From Clostridia bacterium (GTDB taxonomy: Bacteria > Bacillota > Clostridia > Oscillospirales > CAG-272): a stretch of DNA of 54,623 bases. The position numbers were made by a program, and so were the translations under genes. The stretch is taken from NCBI GenBank assembly GCA_017466625.1, contig JAFTTT010000064.1, positions 1 through 54,623 on the forward strand. Direction: 5' to 3'. The notes under the pieces were generated by a model. That model made no database searches. It worked only from the letters and a program-made list of their open reading frames with translations, and was not told the origin of the DNA. Shown here one piece after another: positions 1 through 10,672 of the stretch (within the stretch, counting starts at the first letter, position 1; each line of letters starts with the position of its first letter).

Positions 1-351
1 AACACAGCCCATTTTGCCTGCAAAATGCAGTACCTCTTTTTTCACGTACAGCTCGCGGCAATCCTGGATAGTTACTGCCGGCTTTTTGGATGCCTTGAGC
101 ATCAATCCGGGTATGATTGATTTACGGTTATCCAAAACAAGCACGTCTATCTTCTCAAGAGTTTTACCGTATTTGACGGCTTCTTTAATAAAGCTTATAT
201 AGCTTCCGTTATGCACCTTGTGGCGAGCGTCCTGAGAGACGGAACCCTGTGTTATCGAATACAGGGTTCCCATCTCGGAAAAAACCTTATAAAGCTCGCG
301 CAAACGGCCGTCGTAATCAAAGTTGCCGTTTGAGATCAGAAAGAGATTCAT
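1..351 (-). CDS. Partial CDS (first 117 codons, continues past the window edge); polysaccharide-locus protein, possibly a glycosyltransferase
   Basis: Absent from the ORF track because there is no stop in the window. ATG at 349-351 overlaps the TGA (348-350) of the upstream gene (ATGA coupling). My translation MNLFLISNGNFDYDGRLRELYKVFSEMGTLY... stays open to base 1. Function guessed from context only. Confidence 0.45.
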   Translation of the reverse strand, partial: MNLFLISNGNFDYDGRLRELYKVFSEMGTLYSITQGSVSQDARHKVHNGSYISFIKEAVKYGKTLEKIDVLVLDNRKSIIPGLMLKASKKPAVTIQDCRELYVKKEVLHFAGKMGCV

Positions 352-1427
352 TTGTCAAATCTCCCGATAAAATCCGTAGAAGCAACGTCGACCAGCGGAA
401 GCTTGACCGGCTTGCCGGTAGCGGCAGACTGATAAACAGCCAGAACCATCTCAAGCGCGTTTCTGCCGGCAACTGCATCTATGTACGGCTTTCTGTCGTT
501 TTCAATAGCGTCCATAACGTCTGCAAACAAGCTGGTATGGCCGTTTCCGTAAACGTTGGAGGTCGCTTCCTTCAGCCCCTTATTCTGCTGATCGGCTTCG
601 CCTTCATCGGCAAAATCCCATACGTCGATATTATTCGTCGAGGTGCCGCCGATCTTGACCGTGCCCTTTTCGCCGAACAGATAAAGCGTCTCCTCCAAAT
701 TCTTCGGATAAACGTTAGTGGTACCCTCGATCGTAGCAACGGCGCCGTTCTTAAACTTGACGATAGCGGTTCCGACGTCCTCGCACTCGAGATAATCGTG
801 GAACTGCTGCTTGGTGGTTCCGTATACCTCGTCCACCTCGTCGCCCATCATCCAACGCAGAAGGTCGATTCCGTGAATACACTGATTCATAAGGCAACCG
901 CCGTCCTGCGCCCACGTGCCGCGCCACGGTGCCTGGGTATAATAATCCTGATTTCTGTTCCAACGCACGTTGATAGAACCGTGCGACAGTCTGCCGAAGC
1001 GTCCCGACTCAAGCGCCTGACGGAGCTTCTGCACCGCGACGTTAAAACGGTTCTGATGGCAAGCAGAGACCTTGACGCCCTTTTCTTCGCTGCGGCGAAT
1101 GATTTCCTCTGCGTCATTGATCGACATAGCCATCGGCTTTTCAATGATGACGTTGATGCCGTTATCTATGCAGTAAAGCGCGATCTCGGCATGGCTGCCG
1201 CTTTCGGTCGCAATACTTGCAAGAGTGATATCGTTCTCGCTGAGCATTTTTTTATAGTCGGTATAACGCTTAATGGATTTATCGTTCTCCAAGCCGTGCT
1301 TTGCCAGCAGTGACTCCATTTTTTCGGGGAGAATATCACAAACGGCAACAATCTCAAGCTCGTTATTTACGGCTGCCTTGATGTGGTTGGTAGCAATACG
1401 GCCGCAACCGATCAGTGCGTATTTCAT
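348..1427 (-). CDS. Gfo/Idh/MocA-family NAD-dependent oxidoreductase, WbpB-like (UDP-GlcNAcA 3-dehydrogenase candidate)
   Basis: 359-aa ORF. N-terminal Rossmann motif MKYALIGCGRIATNH. Sits in an operon with WbpA/D/E-like genes. Confidence 0.75.
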   Translation of the reverse strand: MKYALIGCGRIATNHIKAAVNNELEIVAVCDILPEKMESLLAKHGLENDKSIKRYTDYKKMLSENDITLASIATESGSHAEIALYCIDNGINVIIEKPMAMSINDAEEIIRRSEEKGVKVSACHQNRFNVAVQKLRQALESGRFGRLSHGSINVRWNRNQDYYTQAPWRGTWAQDGGCLMNQCIHGIDLLRWMMGDEVDEVYGTTKQQFHDYLECEDVGTAIVKFKNGAVATIEGTTNVYPKNLEETLYLFGEKGTVKIGGTSTNNIDVWDFADEGEADQQNKGLKEATSNVYGNGHTSLFADVMDAIENDRKPYIDAVAGRNALEMVLAVYQSAATGKPVKLPLVDVASTDFIGRFDK

Positions 1428-1451
1428 TTTTCTTCCTCCATTGACAGAATA

Positions 1452-2771
1452 TTAGAGCACCTCAATATTCGCCTTGTTTTCGATATTCTTGGTTACGTTC
1501 TTGCAGTCGAACACGGGAACGCCTGCGTTAGCTACCATATTGTAGTCAACGGTAGTATGGCCGGTAGTGATGCATACGAGGTCGTACTGATTAAGGATCT
1601 CGGTGCTGATCTCCTTAAGACCCTCGTGCCACTGACCCTTCTCGCGGTATTTTGCAATAAAGGGATCGTAGAAGTCTACGTTTGCACCGGTCTTGTGGAA
1701 CTCTTCGATCACACGGATAGCGGGGCTTTCGCGGTAGTCGTCGATATCCTGCTTGTAAGCAACGCCGAGGATAAGGACCTTCGAGCCGTTGAGCGACTTC
1801 TTATATCTGTTAAGGATCTTTCCTGCGCGCTCTACGGTGTATTCGGGCATACGGTCGTTGACCATCATAGACGCCTCGATCATAGAGGTATGGAAGCCGT
1901 ACTCACGTGCCTTCCAGCTGAGGTAGTAGGGATCAAGAGGAATGCAATGTCCGCCGAGACCGGGTCCGGGATAGAATGCCTGGAAGCCGTAGGGCTTGGT
2001 CTTTGCGGCGTCGATAACTTCCCACATATTGATGCCCATCTTGTTGCACAGAATGGTAAGCTCGTTAACGAGACCGATGTTTATATTACGGTAGGTGTTC
2101 TCAAGGATCTTCTCCATTTCAGCTACTGCGGGAGAGGAAACGGTGTGAACGTCGCCGTCGAGAATTGCGCGGTAAACCATTGCTATGACCTCAACTGCGT
2201 CGTCGCCGATAGCACCTACTACCTTAGGAGTATTGCTGGTCTTGTAGATAAGGTTACCGGGATCGACTCTCTCGGGAGAGAAGCCGAGATAGAAATCCTC
2301 ACCGCAAACAAGGCCGCTTCCCTCTTCGAGAATGGGCTTAAGAAGCTCCTCGGTGGTTCCGGGATAGGTGGTGGATTCAAGGACTACCATAGTACCCTTG
2401 GTGAGGTGCTTCGCAATTTCGATAGCGGAGTTCTTAACGTAGCTGATATCGGGCTGCTGATGTGCATCGAGAGGAGTGGGCACGCAGATAGCAATGAAGT
2501 CTACGTCCTTAACGAAGCTGAAATCGGTGGTTGCTCTGAGCATACCGTTACCGACAAGCTCCTCAAGGTCTGCGTCTACAACGTCACCGATGTAGTTCTT
2601 ACCCGCATTTACAAGATCGACCTTTTCCTTCTGTACGTCGAAGCCGATGGTCTTGAAGCCGTGCTTCGCCTTGTCGACTGCGAGGGGCAGTCCAACGTAG
2701 CCGAGGCCGCAAACGCCCATTTTTAAGGTCTTGTTCTGAATTTTCTCAATAAGCTGTTCCTTGATAGACAT
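1452..2771 (-). CDS. UDP-N-acetyl-hexosamine 6-dehydrogenase (WbpA/WecC/Cap5O family nucleotide-sugar dehydrogenase)
   Basis: 439-aa ORF. NAD loop GVCGLGYVGLPLAV and catalytic-Cys region GLGGHCIPLDP typical of UDP-sugar 6-dehydrogenases. Confidence 0.85.
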   Translation of the reverse strand: MSIKEQLIEKIQNKTLKMGVCGLGYVGLPLAVDKAKHGFKTIGFDVQKEKVDLVNAGKNYIGDVVDADLEELVGNGMLRATTDFSFVKDVDFIAICVPTPLDAHQQPDISYVKNSAIEIAKHLTKGTMVVLESTTYPGTTEELLKPILEEGSGLVCGEDFYLGFSPERVDPGNLIYKTSNTPKVVGAIGDDAVEVIAMVYRAILDGDVHTVSSPAVAEMEKILENTYRNINIGLVNELTILCNKMGINMWEVIDAAKTKPYGFQAFYPGPGLGGHCIPLDPYYLSWKAREYGFHTSMIEASMMVNDRMPEYTVERAGKILNRYKKSLNGSKVLILGVAYKQDIDDYRESPAIRVIEEFHKTGANVDFYDPFIAKYREKGQWHEGLKEISTEILNQYDLVCITTGHTTVDYNMVANAGVPVFDCKNVTKNIENKANIEVL

Positions 2772-2772
2772 A

Positions 2773-3351
2773 TTAAAGTATCTCCTTTACTTCATTGTTT
2801 TCGTTCATATTGTATTTCATTCCACAGGCGGAGCAAGTAGCATTGCCGTCCGTAAAATTCAGCTTTGAGCCGCATTGGCAAACGTAGCCCTTGATCCGTG
2901 CGGGAGATCCGTATACCATTGCGTAATCGGGCACGTCCTTCGTTACGACGCTGCCTGCTCCGACAAAGGCGTATCTGCCGATATCGTGGCCGCAGACGAT
3001 CGTCGCGTTCGCTCCTATGCTTGCGCCCTTTTTAACTGTCGTTTTGCGGTATTCATCCTTTCTTTCGATGAATGCACGCGGATTTATCACGTTAGTGAAA
3101 ACACAGCTCGGTCCGAGGAACACTCCGTCCTCACAGATGACGCCCGTATAGACCGAGACGTTATTCTGTATCTTGACGCCCTGTCCCAAAACGACTCCGG
3201 GGGAGATGACCACGTTCTGACCGATATTACATTTCGGTCCTATGACGCTTCCCTTCATTACGTGGGAGAAATGCCATATCTTGGTACCTTCGCCGATCTC
3301 GCATCCCTCGTCAACGTAGCTGGATTCGTGCACGAAGTAATTCTTATCCAT
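2773..3351 (-). CDS. Left-handed beta-helix N-acetyltransferase, WbpD/WlbB-like (UDP-2-acetamido-3-amino-2,3-dideoxy-glucuronate N-acetyltransferase candidate)
   Basis: 192-aa ORF with hexapeptide repeats. Collinear from memory with WlbB (IWHF.HV...IQNNVSVY...VFTNV.NPRA.IERK.EY...[16 protein letters not shown]). C-terminal CxC...CxxC. Confidence 0.8.
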   Translation of the reverse strand: MDKNYFVHESSYVDEGCEIGEGTKIWHFSHVMKGSVIGPKCNIGQNVVISPGVVLGQGVKIQNNVSVYTGVICEDGVFLGPSCVFTNVINPRAFIERKDEYRKTTVKKGASIGANATIVCGHDIGRYAFVGAGSVVTKDVPDYAMVYGSPARIKGYVCQCGSKLNFTDGNATCSACGMKYNMNENNEVKEIL

Positions 3352-4478
3352 TACAGTGCCTCCATGATCGCATCTATAATGATCTGCTGCTCGTCCTTAC
3401 CGAGATACGGGTGCATGGGCAGTGAGAGGGTTCTTGCACAGTAATCGTTCGATACCGTGAACTCCTCGTTATAGGTCGGCTCGTTCTCAAACACGGGAAG
3501 GCCGTGCTGAGGAGCCGGATAATAGATCATGTTGGGGATCTTCTTTTCGGTGATATGATTAACGACTCTGTCTCTCGTTTCGGTATCCTTTGCGAGTATG
3601 GCATACTGAGCGTAAACGCTGATGCAGTCCTCCTGAACGAAAGGAGTCTGGAAGTTTTCCTTCAGCGCTTCATTGTATCTCTTCGCTACCTCCTGGCGTT
3701 CGTCTATCTCGTGATCTGCCAGCGCCTTGAGCTTCGGAAGCAGGATTGCCGCCTGAAGGGTATCGAGACGGGAATTGACTCCGACTCTTACGTTATCGTA
3801 CTTTCCTCTCGGTCCCTTGCCGTGAACGCAAACGGAACGGATAAGCGCGTCAAGCTCGTCGTCGTCAACGAATATCGCTCCGCCGTCTCCGTAGCAGCCG
3901 AGCGGCTTTGCGGGGAAGAAGGACGTCGTTGCGATCTGACCGAAGGCGCCGCATCTCTTTCCCTTGTAGCTTGCGCCAAAGCTCTGAGCGGCATCCTCGA
4001 TAAGTATAAGACCGTATTTTTCGCAGATCGGGATTATTTCGTCGTAGTCGCAGGGGTTGCCGAGAATGTCGACTGCCACGACCGCCTTCGGGGTCAATTT
4101 GCCTTCGGCAAGCACCGCCTTGATCTGTCTTTCCAAGCTCTTCGGACAGAGGTTGTAGGTATCGGGCTGAACGTCACAGAACACCGAAGCGGCACCGAAC
4201 ATCTTTGAGGGCTCCGTTGAGGAGATAAAGGTAATGTCGGGACAGAAGACCGCGTCGCCTTCGCCGATGCCGTATATCATGTAGGCGATCTGAAGAGCAT
4301 CGGTGCCGTTTGCGCAGGTGATGCAATGCTTGCGTCCTACAAATTCAGCCAATTTTGCTTCAAGCTCCTTCACGTACGGTCCGCCAATGTACTGGCCTGC
4401 GTCCAAAACTGCCCTGATATTTTCGTCGATCTCATCCTTGAGCAGTTTGTACTGTGCCATCAAATCAATAAATTGCAT
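3351..4478 (-). CDS. DegT/DnrJ/EryC1/StrS-family PLP aminotransferase, WbpE-like
   Basis: Track ORF 3351..4508. Start moved to ATG 4478 ([11 protein letters not shown]...), which is preceded by GAAGGA. The longer form would overlap the upstream GT gene. Typical DegT N-terminus and length. Confidence 0.85.
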   Translation of the reverse strand: MQFIDLMAQYKLLKDEIDENIRAVLDAGQYIGGPYVKELEAKLAEFVGRKHCITCANGTDALQIAYMIYGIGEGDAVFCPDITFISSTEPSKMFGAASVFCDVQPDTYNLCPKSLERQIKAVLAEGKLTPKAVVAVDILGNPCDYDEIIPICEKYGLILIEDAAQSFGASYKGKRCGAFGQIATTSFFPAKPLGCYGDGGAIFVDDDELDALIRSVCVHGKGPRGKYDNVRVGVNSRLDTLQAAILLPKLKALADHEIDERQEVAKRYNEALKENFQTPFVQEDCISVYAQYAILAKDTETRDRVVNHITEKKIPNMIYYPAPQHGLPVFENEPTYNEEFTVSNDYCARTLSLPMHPYLGKDEQQIIIDAIMEAL

Positions 4479-4504
4479 TTTTTGTCCTTCTTTCTTGCGC
4501 CAAC

Positions 4505-5725
4505 TCATCCCTCGATGACCGACAGCAATTTTTTTGTAAGCGCTTCAAACGAATATTCCTCGGAGACCGCCAAAGCGTTTTCGCTGTACATGCGGTACTG
4601 CTCCTCGTCCATATTCGCGAACCTCATGACCGCATCGGAAATATTTTCCGGCGTGGGTTCGGTAACCTCTACACCCGCATTTCCGATAACAGCGGGATTG
4701 TGACCGCAGGGGAAGTCGGACAGCACCGGCTTGCCTGCCGCCAGATAGTCGAAAAGCTTATTAAAGCTTATACCGTAACGGAATATGGGCGACGGGGTGT
4801 TATGGGCGATATTCAGATCCGCCCTGCTCACTATACTCGGCACAAATGATTTATTTACCCTGCCCTTGAATACGACGTTGTCGATCTTTTCATTGGCAAC
4901 TCTCTTCTTAAGCTCGGGCAGCTCGTCGCCGTCTCCCCAGATAAGGAAACGTACCCTCAGATCTTCTATTTTCTTTGCCGCGTCCAACAGCAGGCCGAGA
5001 TTATTGACCTTGCGGATAGAGCCGGTATAGACCACCTTAAAGAGCTCTTTGTTATCCAGGTCGCTATCTTCTGCCACAAAATTGTCCCGATTATATTTGA
5101 ATGCAGACAACTCCACGCCGTTATTGACGTAAAACACCTTCGATTCGGGGATCTGCTTTTCCCAGCCCTGCTCTCTTATGTACTGATAAGCGTTTTCCAT
5201 GGTAAATACCACGGCGTCGGCTTTTTTATAGATCCATTTTTCGAGGATCCTCAAGAGGATCACCGCAGGATTATTCTTGCCGGCAATACCGTAAGCAACA
5301 ATAGATTCAGGCCAAAGATCGGCAATTTCTGCTATTCCCTTGCACTTATACTTTTTTGCAAGCTTCACCCCCGCCGCACAAGACATAGGCGGCATTGACG
5401 TTGAAACGATGGCGTCGGGCTTGGGGAATTTCTTACATACGCCGGGCAGCTTCCAAGCAAACTCGCACATATTGTATATTCGCTTGAGTCCGTTATCACG
5501 GTAATCCATACACTTGATGTAAACGTAGTGCACACCGTCCACCGTCTCCTCGCGGAAGCGCTGTTTATCGGTGATCAAATTCATATCCGAATTATGAACC
5601 GTGCTGGCGGCGAAGATGGTCACGTCATGACCCAGAGCCATTAAATGCTTAGCAAAATTCGTCTGTCTGGCTAACGGATAATACTTTGGCGGAACCGCAT
5701 AATGGTTTATCAACCAAATATTCAT
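4505..5725 (-). CDS. GT4-family glycosyltransferase (WbuB-like), first gene of the operon
   Basis: 406-aa ORF. N-terminus MNIWLINHYAVPP..YPLARQTNFAKHL is typical of GT4 WbuB-type transferases. Followed by the sugar-nucleotide genes. Confidence 0.75.
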   Translation of the reverse strand: MNIWLINHYAVPPKYYPLARQTNFAKHLMALGHDVTIFAASTVHNSDMNLITDKQRFREETVDGVHYVYIKCMDYRDNGLKRIYNMCEFAWKLPGVCKKFPKPDAIVSTSMPPMSCAAGVKLAKKYKCKGIAEIADLWPESIVAYGIAGKNNPAVILLRILEKWIYKKADAVVFTMENAYQYIREQGWEKQIPESKVFYVNNGVELSAFKYNRDNFVAEDSDLDNKELFKVVYTGSIRKVNNLGLLLDAAKKIEDLRVRFLIWGDGDELPELKKRVANEKIDNVVFKGRVNKSFVPSIVSRADLNIAHNTPSPIFRYGISFNKLFDYLAAGKPVLSDFPCGHNPAVIGNAGVEVTEPTPENISDAVMRFANMDEEQYRMYSENALAVSEEYSFEALTKKLLSVIEG

Positions 5726-5785
5726 ACTTCATTCTGCCTTTCTGCGCAAATATCGCATTATATCATACATAGTTATACATTGTAT

Positions 5786-5814
5786 ATTATATCACACAAT
5801 ACAAGCATTTGCAA
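5786..5814 (-). promoter_or_regulatory. Putative sigma-A promoter of the polysaccharide operon
   Basis: On the minus strand TTGCAA (5809-5814), 17-nt spacer, TATAAT (5786-5791), about 60 nt upstream of ATG 5725 in an AT-rich gap. Confidence 0.45.
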
Positions 5815-6071
5815 CCTTTTTCATCTTTTTTTTGCAAAATGAGCAAGCATAAGCAATATCGTGTTTTGTGATGAAACATTTTAGTAAAAAGCACAATAAA
5901 CTTCACATATAGCCGCCTGTTTTTCCATGTAACTATAATTTGCGCCCTTTACTTTTTTCTTCAAATAATGTATAATCTTAACGTCGAGTCAAGCGCGCCG
6001 ACCTTTTCATCGGTCCGTTCGGCTCGCGAGGCGAAGAGATCGAAACGTTTTGCATACAGAGGAATCAATAA

Positions 6072-6848
6072 ATGAAATACTTGATCATTGTCATAGTCAC
6101 TTTTTTTGCCGGAATGGGAGCCGGTATCGGAACCGGATTCGCGGGAATGAGCGCCGCTGCGGTGATAAGTCCCATGCTCATAACCTTTCTCGGGGTCGAG
6201 CCGTATACGGCAGTCGGAATAGCTCTTGCATCCGACGTTCTGGCAAGCGGGATCTCGGCGTACACCTACAAAAGAAACAAAAATCTCGATATTAAAAACG
6301 GCCTGCTCATGATGGCAGCCGTTCTCGTTTTCACCGTCATCGGCAGCTTCGTTTCGAGCATAGTGCCATCGAAGACGATGGGCGGCTTCAGCACGTTTAT
6401 GACGCTTATCCTCGGAGTAAAATTCATTCTGAAGCCGGTAATGACGACCAAGCAGGAAATGGAAGCAGTCAGCACGCGTAAGATGGTACTCGGCTCGCTT
6501 ATCTGCGGGTCTCTCATCGGTTTTATCTGCGGATTTATCGGTGCGGGCGGCGGAATGATGATGCTGCTCATCCTTACGAGCGTGCTCGGATACGAATTAA
6601 AGACCGCCGTCGGTACAAGCGTTTTTATCATGACCTTCACTGCACTTACCGGTGCAATATCCCATTTTTCCTTTGGGGATAAGCCCGATCTTCTCATAAT
6701 GGGGCTCTGCGTTGCTTTTACCCTCATCTGGGCACGAATATCCGCCGTTTTCGCCAACAAAGCAAAGCCCGAAACGCTTAACCGCGCCGTCGGTGCGGTT
6801 CTCGTTATATTGGGAATAGTTATCCTCGTGTTTGAATATGCGGTCTGA
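6072..6848 (+). CDS. TauE/SafE (DUF81) family anion-exporter membrane protein
   Basis: 258-aa polytopic ORF. Two glycine-rich repeats (FFAGMGAGIGTGFAGMS and GFICGFIGAGGGMMM) typical of the family. Confidence 0.75.
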   Translation: MKYLIIVIVTFFAGMGAGIGTGFAGMSAAAVISPMLITFLGVEPYTAVGIALASDVLASGISAYTYKRNKNLDIKNGLLMMAAVLVFTVIGSFVSSIVPSKTMGGFSTFMTLILGVKFILKPVMTTKQEMEAVSTRKMVLGSLICGSLIGFICGFIGAGGGMMMLLILTSVLGYELKTAVGTSVFIMTFTALTGAISHFSFGDKPDLLIMGLCVAFTLIWARISAVFANKAKPETLNRAVGAVLVILGIVILVFEYAV

Positions 6849-6948
6849 AGGTTAAAAAAGGACGCAAAACAACGCAAAATATGTTCTTTTATATTCTTTG
6901 ACGATGTGATATACTGAACGCAGATAAAGCACAAAGGAGAAAACCTTT

Positions 6949-9393
6949 ATGAAGCTCATTGATCTTAACGGAAAATGGAACGGTCAGTGTTACCGCGACG
7001 GGAAGCACGATTTTTCCTTTACCGGAACAGTTCCCGGCTGCGTGCATACCGATCTTATGGGGAGTCGCATTCCCGAGGATATTTACTACCGCGATAACGC
7101 CGACAAGTGTCAGTGGATCGAGGACTGCGACTGGAAATACGAGCGTTCTTTCGCGCTTGACGAGATTCCGCAAAACGCGTTCCTCGTTTTTGAGGGGCTC
7201 GATACCTACGCAGATATTTACCTCAACGGCACTCTCATCGGCAAGACGCAGAATATGTTTATCCGTCACGAATTCCCCGCGTCGGAGCTTCTCAAGATCG
7301 GTGAAAACACGCTTTCGGTCTATTTCCGCTCGCCCGTGCGCGAGGTTGAAAACGAGCCCGAGCGCCCCGCGGCGTTCACCTACGAGCGCCTCTATACGCG
7401 CCGAGTTCAGTGCACGTATGGCTGGGACTGGGTTGCAAGATTCGTAACCTGCGGTATCTGGCGAGACGTTTATATTGAGACGAACGACGGCTTTGACGTC
7501 AAAAAGCCGTATATTTACACGGAAGCAGCAAACGAAAATTGGGCACAGATAGTAGTCGAAGCCGAGACCGTGAATTACGAAAACGGTGCTTATTACGATA
7601 TTGCAGTAAAGGATCCCTCGGGAAAGACCGTCTACGAGCATCGCTTCTACACGAAAGAGCCGTCCTTCAAGCACTACATCAACATCCGTAACGCCAAGCT
7701 TTGGTATCCGCACGGCTACGGAAAGCAGCCGATATACACCCTCTCAATTTGCGGCAAAGAATACAAATTCGGCATCAGAACGGCAGTTATCGAGGAGCTT
7801 CCCGACGATGTCGGAAGTCCATACTACGAAAAATGCCTTGAAATAAAGGAAACCGAAAGCGGACGCGAATACGACAAGACCGAAAATTTTTCGGGCTTCC
7901 GTCTGCTTATCAACGGCACGCCCATTATGTGCAAGGGCGCGAATTGGGTTCCCTCCGAGCCGTTCCCGTCCCTTGAAAATGACGAGAAGATCACAACGCT
8001 TCTTTCCCTTGCGCGCGAGGCGGGAGTAAACATACTCCGCGTATGGGGCGGCGGAATCTTCGAGAAACAGCATTTCTATAACGAATGCGACCGCCTCGGA
8101 ATACTGCTTTCGCAAGACTTTTTGATGGCTTGCGGTCACTATCCCGAGCAGAATGAAAGCTTCATTTCTCACGTTCGCTCCGAGACCGAATTTGCCGCTT
8201 ACGAGCTTCGCAATCACCCCGCCCTCGTCTGGTGGTCAGGTGACAACGAAAACGCCGCCTTCGGCTACGACGACGCAGAGGATTACCGAGGCAGAACGGT
8301 AGTTCATAAGGCAATAATGCCGATCCTAAACAAGCTTGACCCGAGACGCCGTTACCTGCTTTCAAGCCCCTACGGCGGTAACGTCTACGCTTGCAGAACC
8401 GCAGGCACGACTCACAACACGCAAAGTCTCGGCTTCACGTTCCCCTATGTATTCGACACCGACATGACCGATTACAAGGAGTATTTTAACTCAATGCCGG
8501 CGCGCTTCATGGCAGAGGAGCCGACGATGGGCGCGACCTCGCTTCCGTCGCTTCGCAAGTTTATGACGGAAAGTGACATTTACGATGAGAGCGAAATGTG
8601 GGAATATCACACCAAGCCGAACCCGTCGCTTCCCTTTACGCTCTTTGAGTTCCTTAATACATTCACTTACAAGGTACTCGGCGAGTATAAAGACGGCTTC
8701 GACCGCCTCTTCAAACTCAAATACGCGCAGTACGAATGGGTGAGAGTTACATTTGAGAATGCACGCCGAAACCGCGGATTCATGAACGGAATGATCTACT
8801 GGATGTGGAACGACTGTTGGCCTGCGTCAAGCGGTTGGTCGTTCGTCGATTACTACTGCCTGCCGAAGGCGTCCTTCTATTCCTTCAAGCGTTGCGCCTC
8901 CGAGCTTGTCGTATCGGTAAATAAAACGAATAAATACGATATTTACCTCTGTAACGACGGCTTTGACGGTCACACAGCCGAGCTTTCGCTCTCCTATCTC
9001 AAGGACGGCAAGGTCGTTCATATCGAAAACGCAACGGTATCGATCGGCGCCGAAATCTCCGAATGTGTGTATTCTCTTTCCCTTAACGCAGTTCCCGACG
9101 GCGCGATGCTCATCTGCGACGCGATAAGCGATAAATTCCGCGCCCGCGCGTTCTGCAAGGACGGAAATCTTCCGATATTCCCCTGCTCCGCGCCCGAGAT
9201 CGTTGCGCAGAGCGAAAACAGCATAACGCTGACCGCAAAGGAATATATACACGCAGTCGAGCTCGAGGGTGAATATATCTTCGACGACAACTACTTCTCC
9301 CTCATGCCGAACGAAACGAGAACGGTCAAGCTCAGACCGACAGAAAATGCGGAGACAAAAGAAATAACCGTAGCGGGTTATACAGTAGAATAA
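6949..9393 (+). CDS. Glycoside hydrolase family 2, beta-mannosidase-like
   Basis: 814-aa ORF. N-terminal sugar-binding domain pattern (W.G.....VPG.VH.DL). GANWVP, VWGGG.FE and WMWNDCWP motifs typical of GH2 beta-mannosidases. No signal peptide. Confidence 0.8.
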   Translation: MKLIDLNGKWNGQCYRDGKHDFSFTGTVPGCVHTDLMGSRIPEDIYYRDNADKCQWIEDCDWKYERSFALDEIPQNAFLVFEGLDTYADIYLNGTLIGKTQNMFIRHEFPASELLKIGENTLSVYFRSPVREVENEPERPAAFTYERLYTRRVQCTYGWDWVARFVTCGIWRDVYIETNDGFDVKKPYIYTEAANENWAQIVVEAETVNYENGAYYDIAVKDPSGKTVYEHRFYTKEPSFKHYINIRNAKLWYPHGYGKQPIYTLSICGKEYKFGIRTAVIEELPDDVGSPYYEKCLEIKETESGREYDKTENFSGFRLLINGTPIMCKGANWVPSEPFPSLENDEKITTLLSLAREAGVNILRVWGGGIFEKQHFYNECDRLGILLSQDFLMACGHYPEQNESFISHVRSETEFAAYELRNHPALVWWSGDNENAAFGYDDAEDYRGRTVVHKAIMPILNKLDPRRRYLLSSPYGGNVYACRTAGTTHNTQSLGFTFPYVFDTDMTDYKEYFNSMPARFMAEEPTMGATSLPSLRKFMTESDIYDESEMWEYHTKPNPSLPFTLFEFLNTFTYKVLGEYKDGFDRLFKLKYAQYEWVRVTFENARRNRGFMNGMIYWMWNDCWPASSGWSFVDYYCLPKASFYSFKRCASELVVSVNKTNKYDIYLCNDGFDGHTAELSLSYLKDGKVVHIENATVSIGAEISECVYSLSLNAVPDGAMLICDAISDKFRARAFCKDGNLPIFPCSAPEIVAQSENSITLTAKEYIHAVELEGEYIFDDNYFSLMPNETRTVKLRPTENAETKEITVAGYTVE

Positions 9394-9394
9394 T

Positions 9395-9434
9395 AAAAGC
9401 CCATTGGAACAACAAAATTCCAATGGGCTTTTAT
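9395..9434. terminator. Bidirectional intrinsic terminator
   Basis: AAAAGCCCATTGG-loop-CCAATGGGCTTTT, flanked by an A-run and a T-run, between convergent genes. Confidence 0.75.
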
Positions 9435-9461
9435 TATTCTATTAAGGTCAAACCGATATGC

Positions 9462-9881
<420 letters not shown>

Positions 9882-9905
9882 CTATATTTATTAAACAAAT
9901 ATTGC

Positions 9906-10244
9906 TTATCCGATCTTTTTGTACGTATTGTCAGTGCCTTTTATCACAAGTTTTCCGTTTTTATAGACAAGCGTAGTATACACATCAACCCTTCTTGTGC
10001 CATCGGAGAGATACCGACCATAATATAATATTACTTTCGAGCCGTCAATTTCCCAAAATCCTTCCTTGGTTCCGTTCGTCCAACTTTTGTTCTCTGCGCT
10101 GAATTCTATAACGTGCGCATACCCCGCCGGGTCTTCCCACGCCCAAGTTCCTATAATATCCTCTTCTTTGGGAGCAGCGCAAGCAACGAGAGAAAATATC
10201 ATAATAAAAGAAAGCGCCATACAAATAAATAATTTAATTCTCAT
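9906..10244 (-). CDS. Small lipoprotein (hypothetical)
   Basis: Start moved to MRIKLFICMALSFIMIFSLVAC (signal peptide plus LVAC lipobox). The track ORF extends to 10319 without support. Confidence 0.55.
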   Translation of the reverse strand: MRIKLFICMALSFIMIFSLVACAAPKEEDIIGTWAWEDPAGYAHVIEFSAENKSWTNGTKEGFWEIDGSKVILYYGRYLSDGTRRVDVYTTLVYKNGKLVIKGTDNTYKKIG

Positions 10245-10365
10245 AAAATATCTCCTTTTTAGTGTAATAAATGGCATCTTGTCAAATATTACAATACCAT
10301 AGTATTTTTGTTTTGTCAAGTATTTTGAGATAATAGTATTGTAATATTTTTATTAGAGGAAAATT

Positions 10366-10644
10366 ATGTTAAGTAAAAAAATATGCGAATTACGTTCTTC
10401 CTTTGGTTGGACACAGGTACAATTAGCGCAAAGATTAGGGGTAACAAAGCAAACCGTTTCGAACTGGGAAAACGACAATATTCAACCTTCAATCGAGATG
10501 CTGGTAAAGCTATCGAAAGTGTTTAACGTATCAACCGATTCTCTGTTGGGTCTAACGCCTACAAGCTCAATAAACGTCGATGGGCTCCCGGCGGAATTTG
10601 TTGCCCACATAGTTCAAATCATAAATGACTACAATATCAAGTGA
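10366..10644 (+). CDS. XRE-family helix-turn-helix transcriptional regulator
   Basis: 92-aa ORF. Classic HTH_3 signature WTQVQLAQRLGVTKQTVSNWENDNIQPSIEMLVKLSKVF. Confidence 0.85.
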   Translation: MLSKKICELRSSFGWTQVQLAQRLGVTKQTVSNWENDNIQPSIEMLVKLSKVFNVSTDSLLGLTPTSSINVDGLPAEFVAHIVQIINDYNIK

Positions 10645-10672
10645 AAAACCGAGGCGTTTGCCTCGGTTTTTC
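10644..10672. terminator. Bidirectional intrinsic terminator
   Basis: AAAAACCGAGG-CGTTTG-CCTCGGTTTTT between the convergent XRE and GH172 genes. Confidence 0.75.

Noticed and set aside
249-2726. 354-aa and 447-aa plus-strand ORFs (249..1313, 1383..2726)
   Set aside because: Antisense to the clearly recognisable oxidoreductase and UDP-sugar dehydrogenase genes.
5977-6071. Possible riboswitch in the ~95-nt leader of the TauE/SafE gene
   Set aside because: Only short, ambiguous pairings (GCCGA/TCGGC) could be drawn and no known riboswitch core motif was recognised. Not supportable by eye.
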